From assembly GCA_963675665.1 (NCBI GenBank), contig OY776510.1:4256001-4320000 (forward strand): a stretch of 64,000 bases of DNA, given 5' to 3'. Positions 1 through 9,602 of this stretch are shown here, piece by piece. The notes below the pieces were generated by a model that worked only from the letters and a program-made list of their open reading frames with translations, ran no database searches and had not been told where the DNA came from. Position numbers and translations under genes: made by a program. Origin of the DNA: Spirochaetia bacterium (GTDB taxonomy: Bacteria; Spirochaetota; Spirochaetia; UBA9216). Within the stretch, counting starts at the first letter, position 1, and the number at the start of each line of letters is the position of its first letter.

Positions 1-86
1 AATTCCGTCATTATAAAATCAATATCAGAAGAATCACCTCTTTGAGCTTTTAATTTTATGGAATCAAAAAGATCTGTGTAATTCAC
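1..86 (-). CDS. Partial CDS (5' end only; runs off the window), hypothetical protein downstream of the MarR gene
   Basis: GTG at 84-86, just after the MarR stop, opens a frame (MNYTDLFDSIKLKAQRGDSSDIDFIMTE...) that stays open to the window edge. Confidence 0.45.
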   Translation of the reverse strand, partial: MNYTDLFDSIKLKAQRGDSSDIDFIMTE

Positions 87-88
87 CT

Positions 89-538
89 TCAAGCTCCTCT
101 GCCTCTATCCTTAAAGCGTATTTTGCCGAGTAATTCGATAAGCATCTGTTTATCTTTTTCGGTCAAGCCTGCGCTGATTTTCAGGATTCGGCTGTTATAC
201 TCCGGGATAATCTTATTCAACAGGTCCTGACCTTTCATAGTTACAGCCAGCTTTTTCTTGCGCCCGTCGTTAAAATCGCTATTGATAGACAAAAATCCCT
301 GTTCCGACAGTTTTTCAATTGTTCTGGTAATTGCAGGCCGGCTTTTCCCGGTAATTGCCGCAATTTCATTCGGACTGACAACACCGTCAACCGATGCTGT
401 GACGGCCAAAAGAATGGAAAGCCTGGCCTGGGACATCTTTAACGGTCGCAGATAGTCTTCCAAATCATTTAAAAGCCACATCCCGCTCTGCAGAACGCTC
501 AGCATTGCATTGAAGGTTAAATCATCCATCTCATTCAT
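89..538 (-). CDS. MarR-family transcriptional regulator
   Basis: wHTH pattern (SQARLSILL...EIAAITGKSRPAITRTIEKL...DGRKKKLAVTMKG). Start placed at ATG 538 (alternatively 550 or 529) because the ORF-track start overlaps hisZ. Confidence 0.85.
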   Translation of the reverse strand: MNEMDDLTFNAMLSVLQSGMWLLNDLEDYLRPLKMSQARLSILLAVTASVDGVVSPNEIAAITGKSRPAITRTIEKLSEQGFLSINSDFNDGRKKKLAVTMKGQDLLNKIIPEYNSRILKISAGLTEKDKQMLIELLGKIRFKDRGRGA

Positions 539-541
539 ATT

Positions 542-557
542 AGTTAACATGTTAACT
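542..557. promoter_or_regulatory. Perfect 16-bp palindrome AGTTAACATGTTAACT, probable MarR operator
   Basis: Read directly from the sequence; sits at the MarR start region. Confidence 0.6.
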
Positions 558-645
558 TCTTTTACGAATAGAGTCAATACACATCGGGAACCTCCGTATT
601 TTCGACAGCCTTGTCTTTTCATGACAATACAGGTAATATCTGCAT

Positions 646-1758
646 ATGAACGATACGACAAAAATGAAAATTCCTCAGGGTTCCGAAAGTTTCTTCTTCG
701 AAGAAGCATTTGTTCACCGGAAGGTAACTGAATCTCTTCAGAACCTGTTCAACAGCTGGGGATATCTTCCTGTAGAAACCCCGGTATTCGATCTTTTCGA
801 CGTATACCGCTCGCTCATTCCGGAAAATGATACCGATAAAATTTACCGGCTTATCGACAGGGAAGGTGATCTTCTTATGCTTCGCTCGGATATTACGCTT
901 TTTCTGGCCAGGCAAATGGGACTAATATTAACCGATGACGATCTCCCGACAAGAATATGTTATTCAGACAGTATTTTACGACATCAGCATTCCGAAGATA
1001 TTTCGCATAATGAGTTTTTTCAATCCGGTATAGAGCTTGTAGGCAAATCCGGCTTCGAAGGCGATATGGAGGTTCTTCTGCTCCTGAACAAAGTTATTGA
1101 ACTTCTCGACATCCCTGCAGAAATACACCTGGGTTCACATGCTCTTTTTAACCATGTTTTTAAATCATTTTCTGAGGAACAAAAGACAAAGATCCTAAGA
1201 ATGACCGAGTTAAGAGATTTCAACGGGCTGATCAAGTTCTGTTCTGCCGTATCAGGCAAGGAAAAGGCGGCAGCGGAAGCAGAATTATTGAGTTTTATAG
1301 GCCCTGGAAATGAACTTAAGGATTTGATGAAAATCAAGGCTGCCGGAAGAGATAAAATAAAAGGACTTTTCGGAGAACTTGCTGCAGAAGAACTTGAATA
1401 TCTAATCAGGATTTCCGAAGCGATTGAGAAAGCAGGCTTCGGCGAAAAAATGCTGATTGACCTCAGTGAAGCCGGCAGCCAGGCTTATCATACCGGAATT
1501 GTTTTCCAGGTATATATGCACGGAATGGACTCTGCCGTTATTTCAGGCGGCCGATACGATAATCTTCTGGGCAAATTCGGAATTGATGCTCCCTCGGTCG
1601 GGTTCTCATTGCTGCAGCGAAAAATGGAACCGGGGCTTGGAAACCGGCAGCGCTTTCTGCCGCCGTCGGAGCCGGTAAAAGCCTCCGACACCGATATACT
1701 CAAAGCATTCAAAAAAGCCGAACAAATGAGAAAAGAAGGAAAAACAGTAATATTATGA
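646..1758 (+). CDS. hisZ: ATP phosphoribosyltransferase regulatory subunit
   Basis: HisRS-like motifs (LRSDIT, EFFQSGIEL, YHTGIVF, GGRYDNLL); overlaps the start of short hisG. Confidence 0.92.
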   Translation: MNDTTKMKIPQGSESFFFEEAFVHRKVTESLQNLFNSWGYLPVETPVFDLFDVYRSLIPENDTDKIYRLIDREGDLLMLRSDITLFLARQMGLILTDDDLPTRICYSDSILRHQHSEDISHNEFFQSGIELVGKSGFEGDMEVLLLLNKVIELLDIPAEIHLGSHALFNHVFKSFSEEQKTKILRMTELRDFNGLIKFCSAVSGKEKAAAEAELLSFIGPGNELKDLMKIKAAGRDKIKGLFGELAAEELEYLIRISEAIEKAGFGEKMLIDLSEAGSQAYHTGIVFQVYMHGMDSAVISGGRYDNLLGKFGIDAPSVGFSLLQRKMEPGLGNRQRFLPPSEPVKASDTDILKAFKKAEQMRKEGKTVIL

Positions 1759-2387
1759 CAAATCAGCCCTTGGTATTCGCTCTGCCGAAAGGCAGGCTTA
1801 TGGAAAAAACGAAGGATCTTTTCAAGAGTTTTGGAATAGATTTTTCATTCGAGGATCGAAAACTTGTTGCCGACGACAGTTCGGGAAACTACAGATTTTT
1901 CCTGGTTAAAAACTCCGATCTGCCCACTTACGTTAATCACGGAATAGCCGGTATGGGAGTCTGCGGATCAGATGTTATCTATGAATCAGGATATGATTTT
2001 TATAAACTGCACACTTTTTCTTTCGGCGGAACAGTTATGTGTCTTGCGGGATTGAAAGGCGCTCATAATTACGGAAACGATGCAGCATTAAAGATTTCAA
2101 CCAAATTTACAAAATTCACCCGCGATTATTATAACCGAAAAAACACTCCCGTAGAGGTAATCAAACTGAACGGTTCTGTTGAACTCGGCCCGGTACTGGG
2201 GCTTTCGCCTTATATTGTAGATCTTGTTGAAACAGGAAACACGCTTAAAGCAAATAATCTTGAAGTAATAAAAACACTTGAAGAAATCAAGGTTCATCTC
2301 ATAGTCAATCCGGCCTATTACAAACTAAACTATAAGCGTATAAACAAATTTGTCGAAGATATAAGGACAGGAGAAAATTTAAAATAG
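1755..2387 (+). CDS. hisG: ATP phosphoribosyltransferase (short form)
   Basis: ALPKGRL, KLNGSVELGP, IVDLVETGNTLKANNL; 210 aa. Confidence 0.95.
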   Translation: MTNQPLVFALPKGRLMEKTKDLFKSFGIDFSFEDRKLVADDSSGNYRFFLVKNSDLPTYVNHGIAGMGVCGSDVIYESGYDFYKLHTFSFGGTVMCLAGLKGAHNYGNDAALKISTKFTKFTRDYYNRKNTPVEVIKLNGSVELGPVLGLSPYIVDLVETGNTLKANNLEVIKTLEEIKVHLIVNPAYYKLNYKRINKFVEDIRTGENLK

Positions 2388-2462
2388 CTTCCATGCTATT
2401 TTAAATTTTTGAAGTTTGTTTTTAACAAACTTCATTTACCCATGCTTGCCATCCATGGCAAG
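2374..2462 (-). repeat. Intergenic triple-hairpin repeat element (copy A)
   Basis: Hairpins at 2374-2409 (15-bp stem), 2410-2434 (GAAGTTT..AAACTTC) and 2445-2462 (CTTGCC-ATCCAT-GGCAAG); same architecture as 23355-23436. Confidence 0.65.
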
Positions 2463-2484
2463 AAGTTCTAAAGCAGGAGAAAGA

Positions 2485-3072
2485 ATGGAACCGAGAAGTA
2501 CGGAAATAAAAAGAAAGACCAAAGAAACCGACATTACTGTAGAGCTTAACCTCGACAGCAGTAAAACGCCCGATATTAACACCACCCTGCCCTTCTTTGA
2601 TCATATTCTTTATTCAATGGCTTTCCACGGCGGATTCTTCCTTAAAATAACCGCAAGCGGCGATATCGACGTCGATCCCCACCACCTGGTTGAAGACACA
2701 GGACTTGTTCTTGGAGACGCATTTAAAACTGCAGCATCCAAAGGCGGCGCCATCAGCCGGTTCGGGCACTTTCAAATACCGATGGACGACTCCCTGTCCG
2801 AAATAACGCTCGATGCAGGCGGAAGGCCTTATCTCGTATACAGAGCCGAATTCCCACAGCAACAAGCCGGCAGTTTCGATATTTTTCTGATTAAGGAATT
2901 TCTTAAGGCCTTCAGTGATAAAGCCGGAATTAACCTTCATGCCGAATGCAGATACGGCGAAAACAGCCACCATATGGTCGAAGCATTGTTTAAATCACTC
3001 GGCAAAGCCCTTGGGCAGGCCTATAAAACAGCCGAAGTCAATAAAGTGCGCTCAACAAAGGGAACGTTGTAA
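2485..3072 (+). CDS. hisB: Imidazoleglycerol-phosphate dehydratase
   Basis: RKTKETDI, FFDHIL, DPHHLVEDTG, PMDDS, NSHHMVEALFK, STKGTL; AGGAG RBS before ATG 2485. Confidence 0.95.
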   Translation: MEPRSTEIKRKTKETDITVELNLDSSKTPDINTTLPFFDHILYSMAFHGGFFLKITASGDIDVDPHHLVEDTGLVLGDAFKTAASKGGAISRFGHFQIPMDDSLSEITLDAGGRPYLVYRAEFPQQQAGSFDIFLIKEFLKAFSDKAGINLHAECRYGENSHHMVEALFKSLGKALGQAYKTAEVNKVRSTKGTL

Positions 3073-3116
3073 TAATTCTTGATTTTATATAAATAATTTA
3101 CTATAGTTTAAACTGG

Positions 3117-3449
3117 ATGCAGGAAAAGTACGAAAGTGTATTAAATAATATTCCCCGCGAAGGCTTTATCAAGCTTTCGACAGAACAGCCAGACGGCCTT
3201 TCCAGCGCTGATAAGGCAGCATTAATCAGAAAAGGGAATGTGTTCTTTAATTCCGGCGAATACGAAAAGGCCAAACGTATTTTCATTACAACCGGTTACA
3301 CTGACGGTCTTATCCGTATCGGCGATTTATACCTTAAGCAGGGTGATCCGATTGAAGCAATGAGAATGTACTGGCTGGCACCTGCCCCTGATAAAATTGA
3401 ATCATGGATTGGAAAAGCAGCAGGGATAATCAGCAGATGGATGGACTGA
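3117..3449 (+). CDS. Small TPR-like hypothetical protein
   Basis: Helical repeat pattern (LIRKGNVFFNSGEYEKAKRIF...). Confidence 0.65.
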   Translation: MQEKYESVLNNIPREGFIKLSTEQPDGLSSADKAALIRKGNVFFNSGEYEKAKRIFITTGYTDGLIRIGDLYLKQGDPIEAMRMYWLAPAPDKIESWIGKAAGIISRWMD

Positions 3450-3482
3450 TATTTAATATGTATATTTACGAAGGAAGGGGAT

Positions 3483-4637
3483 ATGGCAGACATACCAACT
3501 TATCCGGATAGTGAGCCGGAAGAAGGATTCAGAGAAGAAACTGAAGAAGAAAAACTTCTCAATGAAATTTCCGAACTATCCAAAAGAGGCTACCAGCTTC
3601 TTAAGGAAGGTTTGGTTGAAGAAGCAGAGGACTGTTTTCATCAGATTATAGATAAAGATGAACTTAATAATTATGCTTTGGTCGGTCTTGGTGATGCGGC
3701 AAGAAAACGCGGGGATTTCAGACAGGCTGTTGTCTATTATCAGAAATGCCTTGAAATTCACCCAGGGAACAATTATGCGCTCTTTGGTCTGGCCGACTGC
3801 TATAAAGCCCTGAATAAATATAACCAGGCAATCAGAATCTGGGAAGAATATCTGCTCCATGATGATTCCAATATTACCGTTCTGACAAGAGTTGCCGATG
3901 CTTACCGCAAGGTTCGCGACTTCAAGAAATCACGTGAAATATATCTTCGCGTCCTGGAAATGGAACAGGATAATGCATACGCTCTTATAGGACTGGGACA
4001 TCTTCATTATGATTTCAGGGAATACAGGGAAGCACTCAAATACTGGGAAAGAATGTATGAGCTGAACCGAAGCAACGTTGACATAAGGGTACTGACTTCT
4101 CTGGGAAACTGCCATCGAAAACTTCGAACATTCGAGAAAGGCACATTTTATTTTGACAAAGCCCTTGAACTCGAACCGAACAATTTTTATGCGTTGTTCG
4201 GAATGGCCGATTGCTACAGAGGAATGAATGCTCATGCTGAGTCGCTTCAGTACTGGGACAAAATCCTTAATAAAGACCCTGACAACAAGGTCATTCTTAC
4301 CCGTGCCGGAGATGCCTACAGAAATCTTGAGGAATACGACAAAGCTGAAGATTATTACTCAAAAGCTCTCAATATAGAATTTGACGTATATGCCATTCTC
4401 GGACTTGCCCTGATAAACAAACTCAGAGGCAACTATGAAAACTCTATAGAAAGTCTTAAAGGGCTTCTCAGAAATGACCCCAAAAACCACAGGCTGTATA
4501 CCGAAATAGCCGAATGTTATATGCTGCTTGGAGATAAAAACAAGGCTATTGAGATTCTGTCGGATTTTCAGAAACTCGGCATCAGAAACACCTTTGTATC
4601 CAACCTGATTGACAGGCTCAGATCAGGTAACCGTTGA
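3483..4637 (+). CDS. Tetratricopeptide-repeat protein
   Basis: Multiple TPRs (NNYALxGLxD, VLTRxADAY repeats). Confidence 0.9.
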   Translation: MADIPTYPDSEPEEGFREETEEEKLLNEISELSKRGYQLLKEGLVEEAEDCFHQIIDKDELNNYALVGLGDAARKRGDFRQAVVYYQKCLEIHPGNNYALFGLADCYKALNKYNQAIRIWEEYLLHDDSNITVLTRVADAYRKVRDFKKSREIYLRVLEMEQDNAYALIGLGHLHYDFREYREALKYWERMYELNRSNVDIRVLTSLGNCHRKLRTFEKGTFYFDKALELEPNNFYALFGMADCYRGMNAHAESLQYWDKILNKDPDNKVILTRAGDAYRNLEEYDKAEDYYSKALNIEFDVYAILGLALINKLRGNYENSIESLKGLLRNDPKNHRLYTEIAECYMLLGDKNKAIEILSDFQKLGIRNTFVSNLIDRLRSGNR

Positions 4638-5680
4638 CGGATTCTGCTGAGTCAGATAATACCTGCTCTCTTGCCGGCCTTACAGCTGATGAAATTTCGG
4701 CTGTAACAGGGATAAAAGAAAAATACCGCGGCCGGCAGATAGCCGAATGGCTTTTGAAAGGCGTAAAATCATTCGATGAAATGACAAACCTCCCGTCTGC
4801 CCTTCGCGAAAAACTTAAGTCGGGTTTCAGAATATTTTCCTCAGCAGTTGTAAAATCTGATCTTGATTCAGACGGTACCGCAAAAATTGCAGTTCAGCTT
4901 GACGACGGCCTGCTTATAGAAGCTGTAATGCTTACTGATGAAAACAACAGAACTACAGCATGCCTCTCTTCTCAGGCCGGCTGCGCAATGGGCTGCACTT
5001 TCTGCCGAACCGGCAAAATGGGATTGAAAAGAAACCTGAGATCTGCCGAAATAATTGAACAGTTTTTACATCTGAGGAACCTCTACGGTGATATCGGAAA
5101 TATTGTCTATATGGGTATGGGTGAACCGCTGTGCAATACCGATGAGCTTATAAAATCATTAAATTACTTCACCGGGAATCCTGGCCTGAATATGAGCGCC
5201 CGTCGAATAACGGTATCTACATGCGGTGTAATCGAGGGAATCGACAGACTCTGCAGGGATGCCCCGCCTGTCCGCCTGGCGGTTTCACTTGTAAGCGCAG
5301 TCCCCGACGTCAGGACCCGGATAATGCCCGTAACAAAAACCAATAACCTCACTGAACTGAAAAACTCCCTGTTGCGCTATCAGAAAACCGGAGGAAGGCG
5401 AATAACTCTTGAGTGCGCCATAATAAAAGGAATAAACGACTCAGTAAAAGACGCCTCGCTGATTGCCGAATGGTCAGAGGGTTTAAGAGTCAATGTAAAT
5501 GTAATTCCATGGAATCCCGCATCTGAAATTGACTACAAAGAACCTGATCAACGTCAGCTTGAGGCTTTCTGCCGGGAACTGGAACGGAAAAAAATTCCCT
5601 TTACCCGTCGTTACCGAAGAGGAAGAGGTCTGAACGCCGCATGCGGACAACTTGCCACAAACCTGAATACAGAAAGTTAA
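4634..5680 (+). CDS. rlmN: 23S rRNA m2A2503/tRNA methyltransferase (radical SAM)
   Basis: SSQAGCAMGCTFC, MGMGEP, AACGQL. Confidence 0.95.
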   Translation: MTDSAESDNTCSLAGLTADEISAVTGIKEKYRGRQIAEWLLKGVKSFDEMTNLPSALREKLKSGFRIFSSAVVKSDLDSDGTAKIAVQLDDGLLIEAVMLTDENNRTTACLSSQAGCAMGCTFCRTGKMGLKRNLRSAEIIEQFLHLRNLYGDIGNIVYMGMGEPLCNTDELIKSLNYFTGNPGLNMSARRITVSTCGVIEGIDRLCRDAPPVRLAVSLVSAVPDVRTRIMPVTKTNNLTELKNSLLRYQKTGGRRITLECAIIKGINDSVKDASLIAEWSEGLRVNVNVIPWNPASEIDYKEPDQRQLEAFCRELERKKIPFTRRYRRGRGLNAACGQLATNLNTES

Positions 5681-5749
5681 CCCGCCGGCTTTCCTGCGGA
5701 TTTGAACTGTTTTATTGATAAGCTGTTTCAATTCAGCTATAATTCTTCC

Positions 5750-8194
5750 ATGAAAAATGTAAAATATCTTTCGGCATTTAGCTTTTTTTTATTTTTTCTT
5801 GTTATAAACAGCTTTGCCCTGGATATGAGCGGCAAAGTAACCGCAGAAAACAGCAGCAAAATAGAAAATGCCACCTTAGTCCTGCTTGAACTTGATATGA
5901 TTACAGTAACCGACGCAGAAGGTAATTTTGACTTCCGGGATATACCCGAAGGCTTGTATACAGTTCTGGTTATGGCTCCGGGGTACCCGGAAACGGAATT
6001 CCCCGGCATATCCGCCGGGTATCCGGTAATACTCAGACTTGCGCCCGAAATAATCGAAATGGAAACAATAACAGTAAAGGCGGAAAGAGAAGCAGTAAAA
6101 AATATTAATGACGGGGTAACATCCGAAGAACTTGAAAGACAGCCGGCAGGCTCAGATCCGTTCGATGCGGTTGTTATGGAAGAAGGCATCCTTGATAATC
6201 TAAATATTATGACAGCAGCGGTCTCCGTCAGTGTCTCTCAAAGCAGCCCTGAAACAGGCTCTATAGTGCTGCCCGAAGGAAGACTCTCAAGAACAGGCTA
6301 CGATACAATTTCAGTTTACGGCGGTGAGGCGGACTGGAATAATTATTATTATGATTACATCAGAATGCCGTCAAACAAGCATGATTTCGGATTTCCGGAG
6401 GCCGAACCGGTCATACCGATTGAAGCTGTAGAATCCATTGATGTCTACAGGGGTGCATACCCGCTGGAATACGGTCCGGGCATAGGCGGGTGCTTCGTAC
6501 TGAACCCGATAAAGGCTGCCGACGGCTGGACGGTAGAACTGACTCCTACAACCTCGCAGCTTGCCGGAATCTCGACAATCAGTTTTTCCCCGAATGTAAG
6601 CCTGCTGGCTTCCCTGACACAGTCTATTCTCAATATTACAACACTCCCGTTCATCAATATACTTTTAAAAGCAGAAACTGAAGACGATTTAAACAGTGAA
6701 GGAACTCCTACAAGCATAAACTACGGAGACTTGCTGCTCAGTCTTCGGATAACTCCACCTGATCACCAGGTTTCGGTAGACTTGACAGGTTTCTATGATA
6801 ACTACGGTTTCGACCTCAACGTAAATGAATCATTTTTCAAAATGGATAATATTCCGTATTTTCTTGCTGCCGGGGCCAGATGGCTTTGGTCTGTCACTCC
6901 CGGAATCGGGAATTCTCTTTACCTGTTCGGTTCGCTGTATCAGAATACAGGGAATTTTGATTACGATTTCAGGGGCGAGGCGTTTTATGACAACATCTCT
7001 GTTTTTCATCAGGACTGGGTCTCCAGGGCAAGATCACTACAGGCGGGCGAAGAAGTACAGATAGCCGTAACACCCGATACGCTTCTGTTAACCGGCGCTA
7101 CCGGCCGTATCTCATCGCTGTACGGGACATTGACCGATGATCAATACGCAGAAACCAGCGAAGGAATAATTCTCGCCGATTATTCTCATAGTATCCTGCT
7201 CGAAGATTTGCTGGCGTCTGTTTACGGCTACGGTAAAATAATCGGAAGCATAAAAAACATGGATTATCAACTGGGCTCCGGCGTTTTGTGGTATCCTGAA
7301 ACAATGACGGTAAGACCTGCAGTTGAAGGTGAAGCTGTTTACTCACTGAAAAACAGTTCTTTTGCGTTGTCTGCGGGCTGGTCACCGGGTATTATCGATG
7401 AATTTTCCTTTATAGATCGCCGTCTGGATGAGCTCTATTATAAACTTGAGACGGAAACCGTTGCCGATCAGCCGCCAATGACTGTTACGGGAGCAGGACA
7501 GACGGTTTTCCTGTTTAATGAAGACGACTCTCTTAAATTCTCGCCGTATTATTCCTGGTATTATGATCTTACCGGTTTAAACATGAGTACTTCTTATACC
7601 GATCTCGAAGATACATTCATCTCGCTCGAGCCTTCCGAAGGATATTCCACAGGCATTGATATTAAATGGAGCAGCAAATATGGAGAACATTTCAAATATG
7701 ATATCGGTTATGCTTTTTCCAGGACAAGATATCTGACAAAAGAGTCTGGCTGGATTGTCCCCGGCACTGAGGTTCAGCATGCACTCAAGGGCAGCGCAAC
7801 ATATAAGAAAGAAGGGTTCAAAGCAGGGTTAAAACTCCTGATATACTGCGGGCAGCCGTTTACACCGGAGATTGTTCAGGATTCAATCCCCGAACCGGTA
7901 ACAGTTCTGGGTGATTACAACTCGGCATATAACTATGTTCCTTCATACGAACTTACCGCCAATCTCTCATGGGAAGATCATTCCGATAAGTTCGATACAA
8001 AACTGTTCTTCAACAGTTCCAATCTTGTCGACGGTCTGAACTTCAGCATGTCCGGGTTAAAAGAGGAACTTAAATCTACCGTCGGCGCCACTTCGGCGGA
8101 TTTCAACTCAAGAGATTATAATTTCGATTATACTCTGACTGATCTTTTAATCATGCTGTTAACCTGTGAGATTGGTTTCAGCATATCATTTTAA
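5750..8194 (+). CDS. TonB-dependent receptor with N-terminal carboxypeptidase-regulatory-like domain
   Basis: Signal peptide, TDAEGNF domain, ETITVKA TonB-box-like segment, plug motif (IPIEAVESIDVYRGAYPLEYG), C-terminal Phe; followed by exbB/exbD/tonB. Confidence 0.8.
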   Translation: MKNVKYLSAFSFFLFFLVINSFALDMSGKVTAENSSKIENATLVLLELDMITVTDAEGNFDFRDIPEGLYTVLVMAPGYPETEFPGISAGYPVILRLAPEIIEMETITVKAEREAVKNINDGVTSEELERQPAGSDPFDAVVMEEGILDNLNIMTAAVSVSVSQSSPETGSIVLPEGRLSRTGYDTISVYGGEADWNNYYYDYIRMPSNKHDFGFPEAEPVIPIEAVESIDVYRGAYPLEYGPGIGGCFVLNPIKAADGWTVELTPTTSQLAGISTISFSPNVSLLASLTQSILNITTLPFINILLKAETEDDLNSEGTPTSINYGDLLLSLRITPPDHQVSVDLTGFYDNYGFDLNVNESFFKMDNIPYFLAAGARWLWSVTPGIGNSLYLFGSLYQNTGNFDYDFRGEAFYDNISVFHQDWVSRARSLQAGEEVQIAVTPDTLLLTGATGRISSLYGTLTDDQYAETSEGIILADYSHSILLEDLLASVYGYGKIIGSIKNMDYQLGSGVLWYPETMTVRPAVEGEAVYSLKNSSFALSAGWSPGIIDEFSFIDRRLDELYYKLETETVADQPPMTVTGAGQTVFLFNEDDSLKFSPYYSWYYDLTGLNMSTSYTDLEDTFISLEPSEGYSTGIDIKWSSKYGEHFKYDIGYAFSRTRYLTKESGWIVPGTEVQHALKGSATYKKEGFKAGLKLLIYCGQPFTPEIVQDSIPEPVTVLGDYNSAYNYVPSYELTANLSWEDHSDKFDTKLFFNSSNLVDGLNFSMSGLKEELKSTVGATSADFNSRDYNFDYTLTDLLIMLLTCEIGFSISF

Positions 8195-8197
8195 GGA

Positions 8198-8773
8198 GTG
8201 AAGATGAACACTACTTTTTTATCACTTTTTGAATCCGGCGGTATCTTCATGTGGCCACTGCTGATTTTCTCCATAACTGCCGTTGCGCTTATTCTTGAAT
8301 GCATCATCCAGACAATTTTATTCAAACAGAAAATTTCTTCCCTTCTTTTATTTCTGAATTCCGGAGGAGAAAAAGGGAATACATTTTTCCGGTTGGAGGG
8401 AGTTAATTTATTCAGGCTTTCTTCTGAAGATTTTGATAAAATAGTCGGCAGGGAAGTTCAGCTTCCGTTCGACAGAATGTTTCAACGCCTCGAATACATA
8501 TCCGCCATAAGCGCAATAGCCCCGCTTCTGGGCTTTATAGGCACAGTCTCCGGCATGATTTCATCATTCCAATCCATAGCGGACGCAAACAAGGTATCAG
8601 TAAATCTTGTTGCCGGAGGCATTTCAGAAGCTCTGATAACAACAGGATACGGTCTCATTATAGCTGTAGTATGTCTGGCGGCAGAACATCTGTTCAGGTT
8701 TATTCTTACCGCAGCAGCCCACAAAACTGAAGAGACAGTTACTCTGGCCGGCAGTAAAACAAAGGCATTATGA
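8198..8773 (+). CDS. exbB: MotA/TolQ/ExbB proton channel protein
   Basis: APLLGFIGTVSGMI, AGGISEALITTGYGL. Confidence 0.9.
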   Translation: MKMNTTFLSLFESGGIFMWPLLIFSITAVALILECIIQTILFKQKISSLLLFLNSGGEKGNTFFRLEGVNLFRLSSEDFDKIVGREVQLPFDRMFQRLEYISAISAIAPLLGFIGTVSGMISSFQSIADANKVSVNLVAGGISEALITTGYGLIIAVVCLAAEHLFRFILTAAAHKTEETVTLAGSKTKAL

Positions 8774-9213
8774 AAATTATAATAAGAAAACACAGCAGGA
8801 ACCGCGATTTTACAGGCGCGATGACTGATATTTCTTTTCTGCTGATAATCTTTTTTCTGGTAACCGCTGTCTTCATGTCCTCACAGGGAATTATTTTAAA
8901 ACTTCCCCGTAAAAATGAACAGCCGCGTCATCTTACACCTGATAAAATTGTGTTTGTAGAACTTCTGCCGGATGATAGATATTTGGTTAACAGCAAACCG
9001 GTTAAAAACAGGGAAAGTCTGCCGGAATATATTAAAGCCGGCTCTTCAGGCCTGTCGGAACCTGTTCTTGTCCTTCAGATAAATGATAATGTCAGCTACC
9101 AGGAGGTTCTTGACATTCTTGAGTTGTCCAAAACGGCGGGGGTTTCAGTATTCTCAATCCGGTATATGGAAGATAAGCCAAGGGGCCTGCGAATAGAGGC
9201 CGGCACCTTATGA
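8770..9213 (+). CDS. exbD: ExbD/TolR family protein
   Basis: MTDISFLLIIFFLVT transmembrane motif with conserved Asp. Confidence 0.88.
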   Translation: MKIIIRKHSRNRDFTGAMTDISFLLIIFFLVTAVFMSSQGIILKLPRKNEQPRHLTPDKIVFVELLPDDRYLVNSKPVKNRESLPEYIKAGSSGLSEPVLVLQINDNVSYQEVLDILELSKTAGVSVFSIRYMEDKPRGLRIEAGTL

Positions 9214-9602
9214 AGTTAAGAATACCTTCAAAAAAGTATTCGGTCACGATGTTTGCAATGCCGGATATAGCCTTTCTTCTGCTTATATTTCTGATTCTGA
9301 CAGCAAGTGTGGATGAATACGGAAACATTGAACTTCCAGCATTTGAATTTGCCGGAGAAACAGAATATCCTCAAACTGTTACAATAAATGTCGATTCAAA
9401 CGGCGTCTGCGGAATCAGCGGAGAATATTATGATAGAACGACGTTCAATAATCTGCTTGGCAATATTCCATACGCTTCCGTAATTTATCTGGTTGCTGAT
9501 AAAAAATGCCCTTACAGTCGCATAGACGGGGTTCTTTCAGATCTTCAGAATGCAGATTTGTTTGATGTTGTATTGATAATGGACGAAACTTCCCGGGAGT
9601 AA
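9210..9602 (+). CDS. exbD: ExbD/TolR family protein (second copy)
   Basis: MPDIAFLLLIFLILT, ADKK motif. Confidence 0.85.
   Translation: MKLRIPSKKYSVTMFAMPDIAFLLLIFLILTASVDEYGNIELPAFEFAGETEYPQTVTINVDSNGVCGISGEYYDRTTFNNLLGNIPYASVIYLVADKKCPYSRIDGVLSDLQNADLFDVVLIMDETSRE

Noticed and set aside
551-709. N-terminal extension of the MarR ORF in the ORF track
   Set aside because: Overlaps the hisZ start and promoter; the real start is probably at 538-550
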